A DNA stretch of 64,000 nt, from the IMG/VR virus record IMGVR_UViG_3300031867_000009, positions 1-64,000 of that record. One strand, given 5' to 3'. The DNA comes from a virus. Its lineage: Duplodnaviria > Caudoviricetes. Positions 20,424 to 30,600 of the stretch are shown here, in pieces. Position 1 is the stretch's first letter, and every line of letters begins with the position of its first letter. The notes under the pieces were generated by a model that was not told the origin of the DNA, searched no databases, and saw only the letters and a program-made list of their open reading frames with translations. The translations under genes were made by a program, and so were the position numbers.

Positions 20424-21318
20424 TTTCTCCTACAGATTCCACTTGCACAAATTCGGCTTTTGGAACTTGAACTAATCGCATTTGGGCAAAACGTTGTCCT
20501 GGTGCAATTGTATAAGCCTCTCCATGGAGTATAGACTTGATGTGAATTTCTCCGTTTTCATCGAATTCATAGTCGATGTCTTTGAAAGGTGGCTCAATGT
20601 TTTCCATGATGACACCGATTTCATCGCGGTATCCAGAGTCAATGAGACCTGGCGTGTTGGCAATACGAAGTTTTGTTTTTGCGGACTGCCCGGAACGTGG
20701 CTGAATGAGAAGAGCATATCCATCTGGGATAGCGACTTTAATACCTGTTCCAATGATTCTAGTCTCGCCTGGCGCCAGAGTGATTTCATCATTTGCGAAT
20801 ATGTCCATGCCAGCATCTGTCTTATGCACGTAGACAGGGACTTTGACTCCTTCGGCAACCTCGCAGGGTATTCGTATTACTGTATTAATTGTTCCAATAA
20901 CTTTAGCAAGTTGATTGCTTGCCATTGTATAGATTTCTTTAAGAAAATCTTTTTTAACTTCAGATAAGAAATCAATTTCATTAATTGCTTGAACAGCTAA
21001 TTCAAAATCTGTCTTAGCAGTTTCTTGTGTATATCCTTGCGCGATGACGAGTGTTCTAAACTCTGAAATGGATTCTGGTTCATGAAGTGTTTCTGCGAAT
21101 AATTGAAGAACTTGTGGTTTGAGTTGAATAAATGTTTCATCATCAAGACCCATTAAAGATTCAAACATATCAAGACCACCAATTAAATCAATGGCGTCTT
21201 TATTATCCTCGTAGAATTGTTCAAGTTCTTCATCGCTTATTTCGGGTTCAAATGCGTCTTCTTCGATTATTTCTAATCCTTCTTTCTTTTCTTCATCATT
21301 CATAATCGTCCCAAACAC
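20374..21318 (-). CDS. dut: Trimeric dUTPase with long N-terminal extension
   Basis: Motifs AGMD, PRSG, GLIDSGYRDEI, RFAQ, RGGGFGSTG. Confidence 0.9.
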   Translation of the reverse strand: MFGTIMNDEEKKEGLEIIEEDAFEPEISDEELEQFYEDNKDAIDLIGGLDMFESLMGLDDETFIQLKPQVLQLFAETLHEPESISEFRTLVIAQGYTQETAKTDFELAVQAINEIDFLSEVKKDFLKEIYTMASNQLAKVIGTINTVIRIPCEVAEGVKVPVYVHKTDAGMDIFANDEITLAPGETRIIGTGIKVAIPDGYALLIQPRSGQSAKTKLRIANTPGLIDSGYRDEIGVIMENIEPPFKDIDYEFDENGEIHIKSILHGEAYTIAPGQRFAQMRLVQVPKAEFVQVESVGEIGEDRGGGFGSTGAIG

Positions 21319-21520
21319 CTCCGAGTATTTTTGTTATTTTACATACCCAAACTTCACCGATGATTTCGCCTTTAGCTTTCTTTGTTTTGTATGTATACCC
21401 ACTCGCGCCGAGTATATATCCATTTTTCTCTGCGTCATCTTTAAAGTTTTGAATAAGTTTGATTGCATCTTCTTCGGAATCTACTACGTATTCTTCTGTT
21501 CTTTTAATGAGTCTCATCAT
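21296..21520 (-). CDS. Hypothetical protein
   Basis: 74-aa ORF with GGAGG RBS, packed in operon. Confidence 0.65.
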   Translation of the reverse strand: MMRLIKRTEEYVVDSEEDAIKLIQNFKDDAEKNGYILGASGYTYKTKKAKGEIIGEVWVCKITKILGGVWDDYE

Positions 21521-22307
21521 TTCCTCCTAAAGTTATAAGTTCTTTACTATATGGTAATGTCTGTATCCAGTTACAAAATAATGACCACTCGGTCAGTTTA
21601 TGATGCTGGCGCTGAAAGTATATGTTTCGTAAGTTGGCATATGACATTGTTACCGTACGAGTTTGTAAATATGCATTTGGTAGTATTTGTACAAGTGCTT
21701 TCCAATATGCAGCATCGCCTGTTTCTTTGAATTTAAGACGAAGATTTTCACACATATCAACTATATCATCAATATAATCACTGAAAACATATTCCCATTC
21801 ACCACAGATTGATTTACCTTGACTTACAATTAAATCATCGCTATTATCAACAAAGTCAAACATTTCTTTTGTAATTGGTTCTGCTGAAAGTTTATGCATT
21901 GTAGATGTTGAATTAGCTACTGTACCAACTTTATATGTATCAAATTCCTTCCACCAATAAAGCGGCGCAGTAATATCAACAGATACAAAAATCTGACGCA
22001 AAAATTTTGCGTGTTCTGCGCCAGCAAGAATGAGACTTTGTGCAAGTTTCATATCTGCTGGACCGATAAATGCTACCTCAAATAATCCATCATACGTATC
22101 GCTCGCGCGAAGTACACCGTTTGCTTTTAACCAATTGTAGCTATTTTCTTCATCGCCCCATTTCTCAGCCATGTCATTCATTGAATTGCCGTCATATAAA
22201 TCGACAATACCAAAGAAACTATCTGACCTATCCCATGAATTCATAGGATTGCGCATACCATGTAAACTACCCTCAAAATTATAAGTATTTATATTTTCAA
22301 AACGCAT
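21504..22307 (-). CDS. ThyX-like (flavin-dependent thymidylate synthase-related) protein
   Basis: H-x-K-FLR...DITAP...EFDTY...S-T-S-T, ILPNAY, NLRNIY.QR..H...EW pattern. Next to dut and nrd genes. The canonical RHR motif is absent. Confidence 0.5.
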   Translation of the reverse strand: MRFENINTYNFEGSLHGMRNPMNSWDRSDSFFGIVDLYDGNSMNDMAEKWGDEENSYNWLKANGVLRASDTYDGLFEVAFIGPADMKLAQSLILAGAEHAKFLRQIFVSVDITAPLYWWKEFDTYKVGTVANSTSTMHKLSAEPITKEMFDFVDNSDDLIVSQGKSICGEWEYVFSDYIDDIVDMCENLRLKFKETGDAAYWKALVQILPNAYLQTRTVTMSYANLRNIYFQRQHHKLTEWSLFCNWIQTLPYSKELITLGGNDETH

Positions 22308-22340
22308 AATAAAAAAACTCCTTTCCTATTTTCTATTTAT

Positions 22341-22369
22341 ATTATACCAGAAAAAAAATTTTTTGTCAA
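22341..22369 (-). promoter_or_regulatory. Sigma-A-type promoter
   Basis: TTGACA-17 nt-TATAAT with TG extended -10, upstream of the ThyX-like gene. Confidence 0.85.
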
Positions 22370-22375
22370 AATTTA

Positions 22376-22405
22376 AAACGGCCAATCTATTAAGATTGAC
22401 CGTTA
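22376..22405 (-). terminator. Intrinsic terminator abutting the promoter
   Basis: Minus strand AACGGTCAATCT-TAAT-AGATTGGCCGTT-TTAAATTTT. Confidence 0.7.
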
Positions 22406-22414
22406 AAAATATAT

Positions 22415-22753
22415 TTATTCGTTTTCGTCATCTCTATCTCTATAATGTTTCCATTGTTTAGGATGACATTTTTTAGCTACAAAGTAATCTGTTAATAATA
22501 CTCCTATTAAAAAGAAAAATAATATAATTGACCATTTGTCTGCAACCAGTATATCCATACCAGTTGATTGTTCACTAAATAAACAAATTAAACAAGCAAC
22601 TATACCAATATATACAGCAATACTTTTTGCTAAATAAACCTTTCTTTTTTCAAAAGGTTTCAAATCTATATCTTTATGCCTTGATACTGAAAGTAATGCA
22701 ATTACTCCAGTAGTAAAGGCTAAAAGAATATTTAATAAAGCCCATTTAATCAT
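22415..22753 (-). CDS. Small membrane protein (about 3 TM helices)
   Basis: Three hydrophobic stretches, very AT-rich. Confidence 0.6.
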   Translation of the reverse strand: MIKWALLNILLAFTTGVIALLSVSRHKDIDLKPFEKRKVYLAKSIAVYIGIVACLICLFSEQSTGMDILVADKWSIILFFFLIGVLLTDYFVAKKCHPKQWKHYRDRDDENE

Positions 22754-22947
22754 TCTTTTCCCTCCTTTTGACCTTCAACATATCCTAATGTATATTGACG
22801 TCTCATCTCTTCTTTAATATTTTCAAGCGCCTTTGGGAAACAACTACCAACTAAAAACTCAAATGAAACTTCTTTCATATTGCTTTTTTTAATTGCTTTA
22901 ACGATTCTATTAAATTTTTCAATATCAATTTTTAAATCATCAATCAT
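22750..22947 (-). CDS. Hypothetical protein
   Basis: 65-aa ORF overlapping both neighbours. Confidence 0.6.
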   Translation of the reverse strand: MIDDLKIDIEKFNRIVKAIKKSNMKEVSFEFLVGSCFPKALENIKEEMRRQYTLGYVEGQKEGKE

Positions 22948-23443
22948 CTTGTATCTCCCAATAATTATGCTCGCGAACTCGAATGTGTTGATTGCGACTT
23001 CCTCTTAATCGCAATGATAAATCCTTTTCCTCCTCAATGAAAGGACCATCTACTAACACATCTATTGTATTTAAAATGTTTAGTAAATTCTCATTCGTTT
23101 GCGACATAAGCTCTTCATACATATACCCAGTCCACAAAGTAATTTCAATGTGTGGATAAGCGTGGCGCACCGCGTCAATAACTTCCCATGTCATATCTAT
23201 ATTTTGTGGAGCTAATGGTTCTCCTCCAAGGACAGAAAAGTTACGGGTGATGTTATTGGCTGAAATTGCCTTAATTATTTCCCATTTGACTTCTGGGGTA
23301 TATGGTTTTCCTCCATTGAAGTCCCATGTTTCTTCATTAAAACAGCCGGGGCAATGATGTGGACATCCTTGCACGAAGAATGACACACATACACCTCGTC
23401 CGTTAACAACATCATTTGGAATTATTGCACTATATCTATTCAT
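22940..23443 (-). CDS. nrdG: Anaerobic RNR activase (radical SAM)
   Basis: DVVNG.G, GCPHHCPGCFN (CxxxCxxC), LGGEPL, DVLVDGPF, RGSRNQ. Confidence 0.95.
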   Translation of the reverse strand: MNRYSAIIPNDVVNGRGVCVSFFVQGCPHHCPGCFNEETWDFNGGKPYTPEVKWEIIKAISANNITRNFSVLGGEPLAPQNIDMTWEVIDAVRHAYPHIEITLWTGYMYEELMSQTNENLLNILNTIDVLVDGPFIEEEKDLSLRLRGSRNQHIRVREHNYWEIQDD

Positions 23444-24008
23444 AACTTATACCTTTTTCTATCAAAATTGCACCGATAGAGTTTCCAAGAATTACCATTA
23501 GGAACTTTCCTATGTGGGGTAGTGAAAGGGTGGTAAGTAAATATGGAAAATCTGCTATGCAGTGTTCGGCACCGATGAGTATGAATATGATTACTGCCAT
23601 TGAAGTTAAATATGATACTTTACATCTAACCGCAAAATGGATAAGCATCCCGCAGAATATTCCTCCAAATAACATTTGAACATACGTTTTTTCAAACTTT
23701 ACACTCGCGGCCGCGCTAATGAGTTCATGAAACTGCGGATTAGCTATATAGTATGCTGCAACAGTTATTCCGATGCCGATTAAATTAAAGACTAAAATTA
23801 AAACTAACTTATCTTTTAAATAACCAATTTTTCCAGTATATAAAGGAAGCTTTAAATGGATTATAGTTAATAATCCAAAACTAAATAACAACGCTCCTAA
23901 AATTGGTGGTTTGGTTTGGGTGTTGATAATAACACCCAAACCAATTAACAATCCTGCTATTACAGCATTAAAGCTTTTTGCTATGTTTGAATCGGTCTTC
24001 AACTTCAT
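23436..24008 (-). CDS. Formate/nitrite transporter (FNT, FocA-like) channel
   Basis: FNT motifs AG..IG.G, GALLFSFGL, LYTG, FNLIG, GI.CG.L, FILIGAEHCIAD, ILGNSIG. About 6 TM segments. Confidence 0.8.
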   Translation of the reverse strand: MKLKTDSNIAKSFNAVIAGLLIGLGVIINTQTKPPILGALLFSFGLLTIIHLKLPLYTGKIGYLKDKLVLILVFNLIGIGITVAAYYIANPQFHELISAAASVKFEKTYVQMLFGGIFCGMLIHFAVRCKVSYLTSMAVIIFILIGAEHCIADFPYLLTTLSLPHIGKFLMVILGNSIGAILIEKGISYE

Positions 24009-26154
24009 GCTGTTTACCTATGTTAAAAGCAGTTGTGTAGTTGCCAGTTAAATATCCAGTTACACGTCTTAGACGTTGTATATTTTTTGAACCACATTCT
24101 GGACATTCGTTTTCAATTTCACCTGTCCACCCACATTCAAGACAGGTATCATTAGGCACGTTGATTGCGAAGTAAGGAATATCTTTATCCATAGCATAGG
24201 AAACGATTTGTTCCAGTGCGTCAAGATTCTTCAATACTGCTCCTTCTAATTCAACGTAAGTAATGCATCCAGCACTAGAATAACCAGTGAGTTCTGATTC
24301 GATATCAATTTTATCAAATGGTGAAATCTCTTTCCATACTGGCACGTGCATTGAGTTTGTAAAGTAATCTCTGTCGCTGATATTTGGAAGTTCTCCGAAG
24401 TCTTCTTTGAACTTCTTCATAGCTGTGTAGCAGAGATTCTCCGCAGGAGTATAATATACTCCAAAATTAAGTTTATAAGTTTGTTTAAACTCGGCGCATC
24501 TATCTTTGAAAAGTTGTTCAATACGCTTTGCGAGTTTCATACCTTCATCAGTTGTGTGGTCGCAACCAATAAGGATTTGTAGACATTCGGCAAGACCGAG
24601 TTGTCCAATTACGATTGTTCCATGTTTGAGAGCAGAACGTATGCCTTCTTCTGGCACATAGCCCTTCATTGTTCCATTCTCATACATAAATTTTGCGGAG
24701 GATGGGCTTTGAGAACATATATACTCAAACCTCTCAAGTAGCATGTCCTTGGCTTCGTGAATCTTTTCATCAAGTAAAACCATAAAGTCTTCAACATTTC
24801 CTGCCTCCATTGCAAGTGTTGGGAGTATAATGGTTACTGGACAGATATTACCACGACCGTCTTTTAACTGCCCGAACCCATTTATGTCATAACCATTAGC
24901 GGTACGACATCCCATTGTAGAAAAATATGTGTTTGGGTCATTAACGTCATAGCCTGCATTGCCTGACCAATCTACATTAGCATAGTTTGGATATAAGCGT
25001 TTTGCAGTCGATTCAAGAGCAAGTCTATACAAATCGTAATTTGGAGTCCCTGGTTTGTCATTGACGCCTTTCATATATTGGAAGATGCCGCAAGGGAAGA
25101 TGGCTGTTTTATGGAGTTTGCCGACTCCCTTGATTGAGCCTTCAAGTAAGGCTTTGATAATCATGCGGCCCTCTGGTAAAGTGCATGTGCCATAGTTGAT
25201 TGAAGTGAAAGGAAGTTGATTGCCGCTGCGCGATTGGAGTGTATTTAAGTTGTGATACATTCCTTCGACAGCTTGGCGCGTTTCTTTCTCTGTCATATCA
25301 AGCGCATATTGATAAGCCTTTGGATACAATTCTTTTGCATACCATGAACTTTCAATAGATACTTCTCCGACTGGTTTATTAGGCTCATTTACTGGTTCAA
25401 AACCTTCAATGTATTTACAACCATCAAGAAAATGTTTATAAAAACTTTTTCTTACATAAGGAACCATTGTCCAATCAAGATGCGATGCACTTACACCGCC
25501 GAATTGTTGCAGCGATTGAAGCTGAAACAGAACGGCTACTAGCTGAAAGGCTGTGTTAATAGAATTAGCTGGACGAACATCTGTTTGTCTTGTATTAAAA
25601 CCAGTCGCAAGCAGGTCATCAAATGGAACTGTTAAACAATTGTGCATGCCGAGGATGTAAGCATCAAGGTCGTGGATGTAAATTTCATTATTTAAATGAT
25701 TGTTGCGTGCCATTTTTGATATAAGATTATCAAGGGCATACTGTTTGAAAATTACAGAATCAGCTTCTCCTCTGCGGCCGCCGAATGAATATTCATCGAC
25801 GTTTGCGTTTTGATTCTGGACGTCAGATGCGGCTAGCTTGACAGCAACCTTATCCATCATCTTCGTGTTCCATTCGCGCTCACGACTGCGCTCTTGCCTG
25901 TATTTAATATAGGCTCTTGCCACGTCTTTACGTTTTGTAGACATAAGTCCATTTTCGACGAGGTCTTGGATTTCTTCTACGGTTAGTACTTGTTCAGTTT
26001 CGTTTTCAATAAAATTAGCTATATTGTTTGCCTTATCAAGGGCGTAATTAGAAATATCTCCATCTACTTGTTGAAAGGCTTTTAATATAGCGTTAACAAT
26101 TTTATTTTTATTAAATTCAACTACTCTACCATCTCTTTTCTTAATGTATTGCAT
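23968..26154 (-). CDS. nrdD: Anaerobic (class III) ribonucleoside-triphosphate reductase with ATP cone
   Basis: N-terminal IKKRDGR ATP cone, IYIHDL, MGCRT, TPAE, CxxC...CxxC, RVTGYL glycyl-radical motif. Confidence 0.97.
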   Translation of the reverse strand: MQYIKKRDGRVVEFNKNKIVNAILKAFQQVDGDISNYALDKANNIANFIENETEQVLTVEEIQDLVENGLMSTKRKDVARAYIKYRQERSREREWNTKMMDKVAVKLAASDVQNQNANVDEYSFGGRRGEADSVIFKQYALDNLISKMARNNHLNNEIYIHDLDAYILGMHNCLTVPFDDLLATGFNTRQTDVRPANSINTAFQLVAVLFQLQSLQQFGGVSASHLDWTMVPYVRKSFYKHFLDGCKYIEGFEPVNEPNKPVGEVSIESSWYAKELYPKAYQYALDMTEKETRQAVEGMYHNLNTLQSRSGNQLPFTSINYGTCTLPEGRMIIKALLEGSIKGVGKLHKTAIFPCGIFQYMKGVNDKPGTPNYDLYRLALESTAKRLYPNYANVDWSGNAGYDVNDPNTYFSTMGCRTANGYDINGFGQLKDGRGNICPVTIILPTLAMEAGNVEDFMVLLDEKIHEAKDMLLERFEYICSQSPSSAKFMYENGTMKGYVPEEGIRSALKHGTIVIGQLGLAECLQILIGCDHTTDEGMKLAKRIEQLFKDRCAEFKQTYKLNFGVYYTPAENLCYTAMKKFKEDFGELPNISDRDYFTNSMHVPVWKEISPFDKIDIESELTGYSSAGCITYVELEGAVLKNLDALEQIVSYAMDKDIPYFAINVPNDTCLECGWTGEIENECPECGSKNIQRLRRVTGYLTGNYTTAFNIGKQHEVEDRFKHSKKL

Positions 26155-26191
26155 GTATCCCTCCTAAGCAATTAATTATATTAAGGATTGA

Positions 26192-26380
26192 TTATTCTGT
26201 TTGTCCGCAATAAATACATATTCCATTTTCATATTTGTGAGGACAAATCGTTTTGAGATATTCATTATCTTCCATGTATTTTTGTACTTCTGGTTGAAGA
26301 ATGAATATAGATGGGTCCATTAACGATTGGATTTTTTGGTTATTGAAATTAATTTTATCTCTAATTTCTTCACCTGTCAT
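26192..26380 (-). CDS. Small Cys/His (Zn-binding) protein
   Basis: C-terminal CPH...CIYC. Confidence 0.6.
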   Translation of the reverse strand: MTGEEIRDKINFNNQKIQSLMDPSIFILQPEVQKYMEDNEYLKTICPHKYENGICIYCGQTE

Positions 26381-27485
26381 TTCTTACTTCACCTCCACGG
26401 TATTCATAGAAATCTTTGAATAAGTCGTAATTGTTTTCTCTTACGAATTGAAAGATTTTTTGTATTGATTCCTTTTCAAGTAATGGTTCTTTAATTTGAT
26501 ATTGTTTTATTGCGCCAAAGCAATAACTGTATAATGTTTCAAATGGTTCTACTCTACGGAAGAACTCTGGGTCTCCGTTCGTAGCCAAGTGAGTATTATA
26601 TCGTAGAATTAATTTCATTACCATTTTCCAATCGGAGTCTAAAAGGACATTCTCATTATAAATAAGTGGAAAAGTAAGGCAATGACTACGTAAATTTATT
26701 ATATTGCGGAAAATTCGCTGAATGCCGCCATGGACAAGTTCGTAGTTTGAGAAGCAACCACGGATGTCAATGGAAGTTTGACGAATTGCATTTGATATGC
26801 GGTAGACTTCGACTAGGTCGGGGATATAAGATTCATCAATGAGTCCTTTATGGACAAGAGAGAAGTATGGAATCATAGGTTGAAATGAAAGCCATGAAAT
26901 TAAATCTTCTTTGTTGTCTACGATAACCGGATACTTCATACCTATACGGCGGCCGGTCGCATGAGGTATCCATTCGTTGATAGATTCTTCTATTAACACT
27001 CGCGCGCCTTCGACATCATTCAAATTGTAATCATGGAAGATGACTCCATAGGCTTTGTCTTCATTACGAAACTGTCGTTCAAAATCTTTCCAAATTGTTT
27101 TACCATCAAGCGATAAACGTAAATGTTCGGCTCGCCGCATTGTGCTTAAAGCACTTTTATTGTAGCCTTTAATTTGGTTTGGCTTTACTCTATCATAAAG
27201 CGATATATCTGGCCGCATTTGTTCAATTTCTATTGGGAGTGGCTTATATGTTTCTCCGTCGAAGGCGCGGCCGCCAAGTTCAACATTCTGACCTTTGAAA
27301 TGTGAATAAGGATTATAGAAGTCCTGGCGCACAATAAAATGATTATATCTTTGCGGAGAGAAGTTGGGTGATAACCCAACTATCTCTCGCTTGCGTTTAT
27401 AATAGGAGGACAATTTCATTAGTTCTAAATTATAAAAAGGAATTGGATAGTATGGAAGGTCTGCATCGTATAATCCATAACTCAT
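26370..27485 (-). CDS. Hypothetical protein resembling phage radical-SAM-associated proteins but lacking CxxxCxxC
   Basis: N-terminus GLYDAD...NLELMKLSSYYK and GG...LP.EIE...PD.SLY. Confidence 0.45.
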   Translation of the reverse strand: MSYGLYDADLPYYPIPFYNLELMKLSSYYKRKREIVGLSPNFSPQRYNHFIVRQDFYNPYSHFKGQNVELGGRAFDGETYKPLPIEIEQMRPDISLYDRVKPNQIKGYNKSALSTMRRAEHLRLSLDGKTIWKDFERQFRNEDKAYGVIFHDYNLNDVEGARVLIEESINEWIPHATGRRIGMKYPVIVDNKEDLISWLSFQPMIPYFSLVHKGLIDESYIPDLVEVYRISNAIRQTSIDIRGCFSNYELVHGGIQRIFRNIINLRSHCLTFPLIYNENVLLDSDWKMVMKLILRYNTHLATNGDPEFFRRVEPFETLYSYCFGAIKQYQIKEPLLEKESIQKIFQFVRENNYDLFKDFYEYRGGEVRNDR

Positions 27486-27655
27486 TCCAATAGATACCCC
27501 TCAGTAATTTCAGCCCAAGGATTTGCTGAATCTCCTAAATAAATTTCTTCACAATATTTTATCTTTTCAAAACGCTCTCCAAACATATCAAATATTAAAG
27601 CATCCTGAGGATACTTTTTTAGTTCTTCAATTAAATCTCCTATTGTCTTTATCAT
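27482..27655 (-). CDS. Small hypothetical protein (57 aa, not in ORF track)
   Basis: MIKTIGDLIEELKKYPQDA...GYLLE. ATGA overlaps with the dnaE stop and with the next start. Confidence 0.65.
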   Translation of the reverse strand: MIKTIGDLIEELKKYPQDALIFDMFGERFEKIKYCEEIYLGDSANPWAEITEGYLLE

Positions 27656-30600
27656 GCTTCTTCACGCTCCAATTTAGTTTGAATATATCCACTATCATCA
27701 ATTGATGTGATAAGTTCAACCAAGTGATGTGGTGTATTCTTATATTTTTTTGCTATAAAATCATTATCTCTCCTAATTCCAGTTATGATTACCTTATTTC
27801 CGCGCGACAGCCATGATTTTTCTTTTACATGCTTTACTCCATCTGCGCCTTTTTCAGATATTTGTCTATCATAATGTGTGAACGCATCACCAAATATCTT
27901 TACAGTCACGACGCTATCATTTGTCAATAAAGTGACCATCTTCTTATTCTTATCTTTGTCTAATACTGTCCCCGCAATACGACATATTTTAAATAGTGGG
28001 ATTTTCTGTCCCGTCTCCTTCGACCTGAACTCATAATTCACAACTGGATTCTCTGGAAGCTGACTAAAATTACTCAATCCATAAAACCCATTTCTTAAAT
28101 TCTTCAATTCATGGTCATGAATATAACATGAGATTGAATCCATTTCCCACTGACTTATATTTCCTTGACAATATTTATCCCATAAATCTTGTCTCAGTTT
28201 CCAATTTACTTTCTCTAATAACAATTCATTATTATCTTTTATAAATGGACGAATCTTATCCATTTGTTTCTTATATATCTTATCCCAATCGGTTTGCTTA
28301 ATCTTAAACACATAATTTGAGTCTGGTGTTAACAAATCCATATCAAAATATTCAGAATAGAAGTTTAATGCTATATTATCTATTCCATAATAATTATCAA
28401 ACTTCATTTTCTTTAAATATTTATTAAAAGCATAAACTCTACATTGAAATTCATAATCCTCTGGGATAAAATCAAAATTAATTAACATCTGTAAGTTTTG
28501 AAGAGTCATTCTCTTTTTCTTATCAGCAATTAAATCAATATACACATTCATTGCTTTTATGCGGTCGCCGCCGTATAAATCATCAAATGCGCCCGACTTA
28601 ATCAAGTTAATCATTTGAGGTTTGTTTATTTTAATCTTACTTATAAAATCTTCAATTGACTCATAAGGTCTATTATCCATAATCTGACGAACTAAATCAT
28701 CACCAACACGAGTTATACCACTTAATCCATAAATAATTCTATGGTTCTCTATATCTGGCGCGAATGTATATTCAGATTTATTTATATCTGTTGCTACAAT
28801 TGTCACACCTTCATGACTCATTTTACCAATTGCCGTAGCAATCTTACCATAGTTGGCGCTCTTAGTTACTTTCTTTTTCTTAGTTCCTGAAGCAGACTCT
28901 TCCTCGTCTGTTTCATTATTATTTTCACTATCTTCTTCCTCTTCTTCCGTTTCGAATATTCCGAATGAAGTATCGTAAGAATTTTCTTCAACATTATCAA
29001 TAATTTCATCATCTTCATCTTCTTTTTCTGCGCCACCACTATCAGAGATAAGACACGCACAATCCCATAGAATTGCCGGATAACGATATGCGAGATTTAA
29101 CTCTTGTAATCCAATTAACGAGTATGCAAGTGTGTGTGAAAGATTAAATCCATATCCTTTTGACATTGCAATTAATACATTCCACACATATGTGCATAAA
29201 CGCTCGTCTAATCCTTTTTCTTTTATAATCTTAAAATATTCTTCTGTCAGCTTCTCATATTCTGCTGGATTCTTCTTCGCAATTGACTTTCTTAACTTAT
29301 CTGCCCATGTAAGGTCAAATCCGCCAAGTTCTGGAAGCTGAACAAGCTGCATGAACTGTTCTTGTGCAATACACAATCCATATGATACACTTAATACTGG
29401 TTCTAATATTTCTTTTGCTTCCGCGCCGAGTCCATACTTTCTCAACTCATAATCCCAATCATCAGGATGTGCTTTGAATCGCGCGAGCTTGTTAACTGGC
29501 ATCTCTCCGCCTTTCTCTGTTGCCATCAGACGAATTGCCGAGTTAAGAATTGCCAAGTCATCTACTGATGTTGGTTTCATCGCAGCAATTCCATTTATTC
29601 CAGACTGTTTTTCCATCTGGAACAAACTCATTACTTTATGCTCCCAACACATCTTCCACATTTCTGGTGCTTCACGCTCAAGATTATATATACCTATAAT
29701 TTTTTCATAGGTTTCTTTTAATGTTGGTTCTGCTTTTTCATATCCATATTTACATATGAGGTCGATACAATTATGAATTTTATCTAATGCTTCTACTGAC
29801 AGAATATCATATTTAATAAGACCAGTTGCTTCTGCATCATGGAGGTCAAACTGTGTTATAATTTCACCCTTTGGCGCACGCATAAGTGCTGTTGATTCTG
29901 TGAATGGTTCATCAACAAAGATAACTCCGCCTGCATGGATTCCGCAACCATTTATAAGTCCTTCAATTCCTTGCGCGACTCTCCATACTTCTGGATAGTT
30001 CTCTTCCATTTCAATTCGGAACTGACTTGATGCGCTCATTCCATTGTCTGGGTCGCCATAGAATGTTTGTTTCAGAGTTCTCAGCTGACCTCTATCCGCC
30101 TGGATAAATGAAGAAAGATAAGCTGCTATGTCGTTGTCTATACCAAGACCGCGGCAAGCCGTCTGAATTGCTGACTTGGACTTTTCAGTTTTCAATGTCA
30201 ATACATTCGCGACTCTATCTTCACCATATATCTTACGGAAGTTCTTTAATACTTCTGCGCGCCGGCCACCCTCGATGTCAATATCTACATCAAGAACCGA
30301 TACACGCTCTGGGTTCAGAAATCTCCAACGCTTTGTTTGACTCTTTTCTCTTAATGGATTTATCTGTGTAATACCTAACAGATATAACAATATAAATCCT
30401 ACTCCAGAGCCACGGCCGCAACCTACAAGGGTTCCAGCATCCCAACACGCATCAATAATATTTTGAAGATTTAAGAAATATGCACTCCATCTACTTCCAT
30501 TTACTTCCGATGAAATCCATGTATCTTCAAGACATGCATTGATTTCATCATATGTTGCTTGGTTATTTAATTCTTCTTCTGGTTTTGCTTCTGCTAATCG

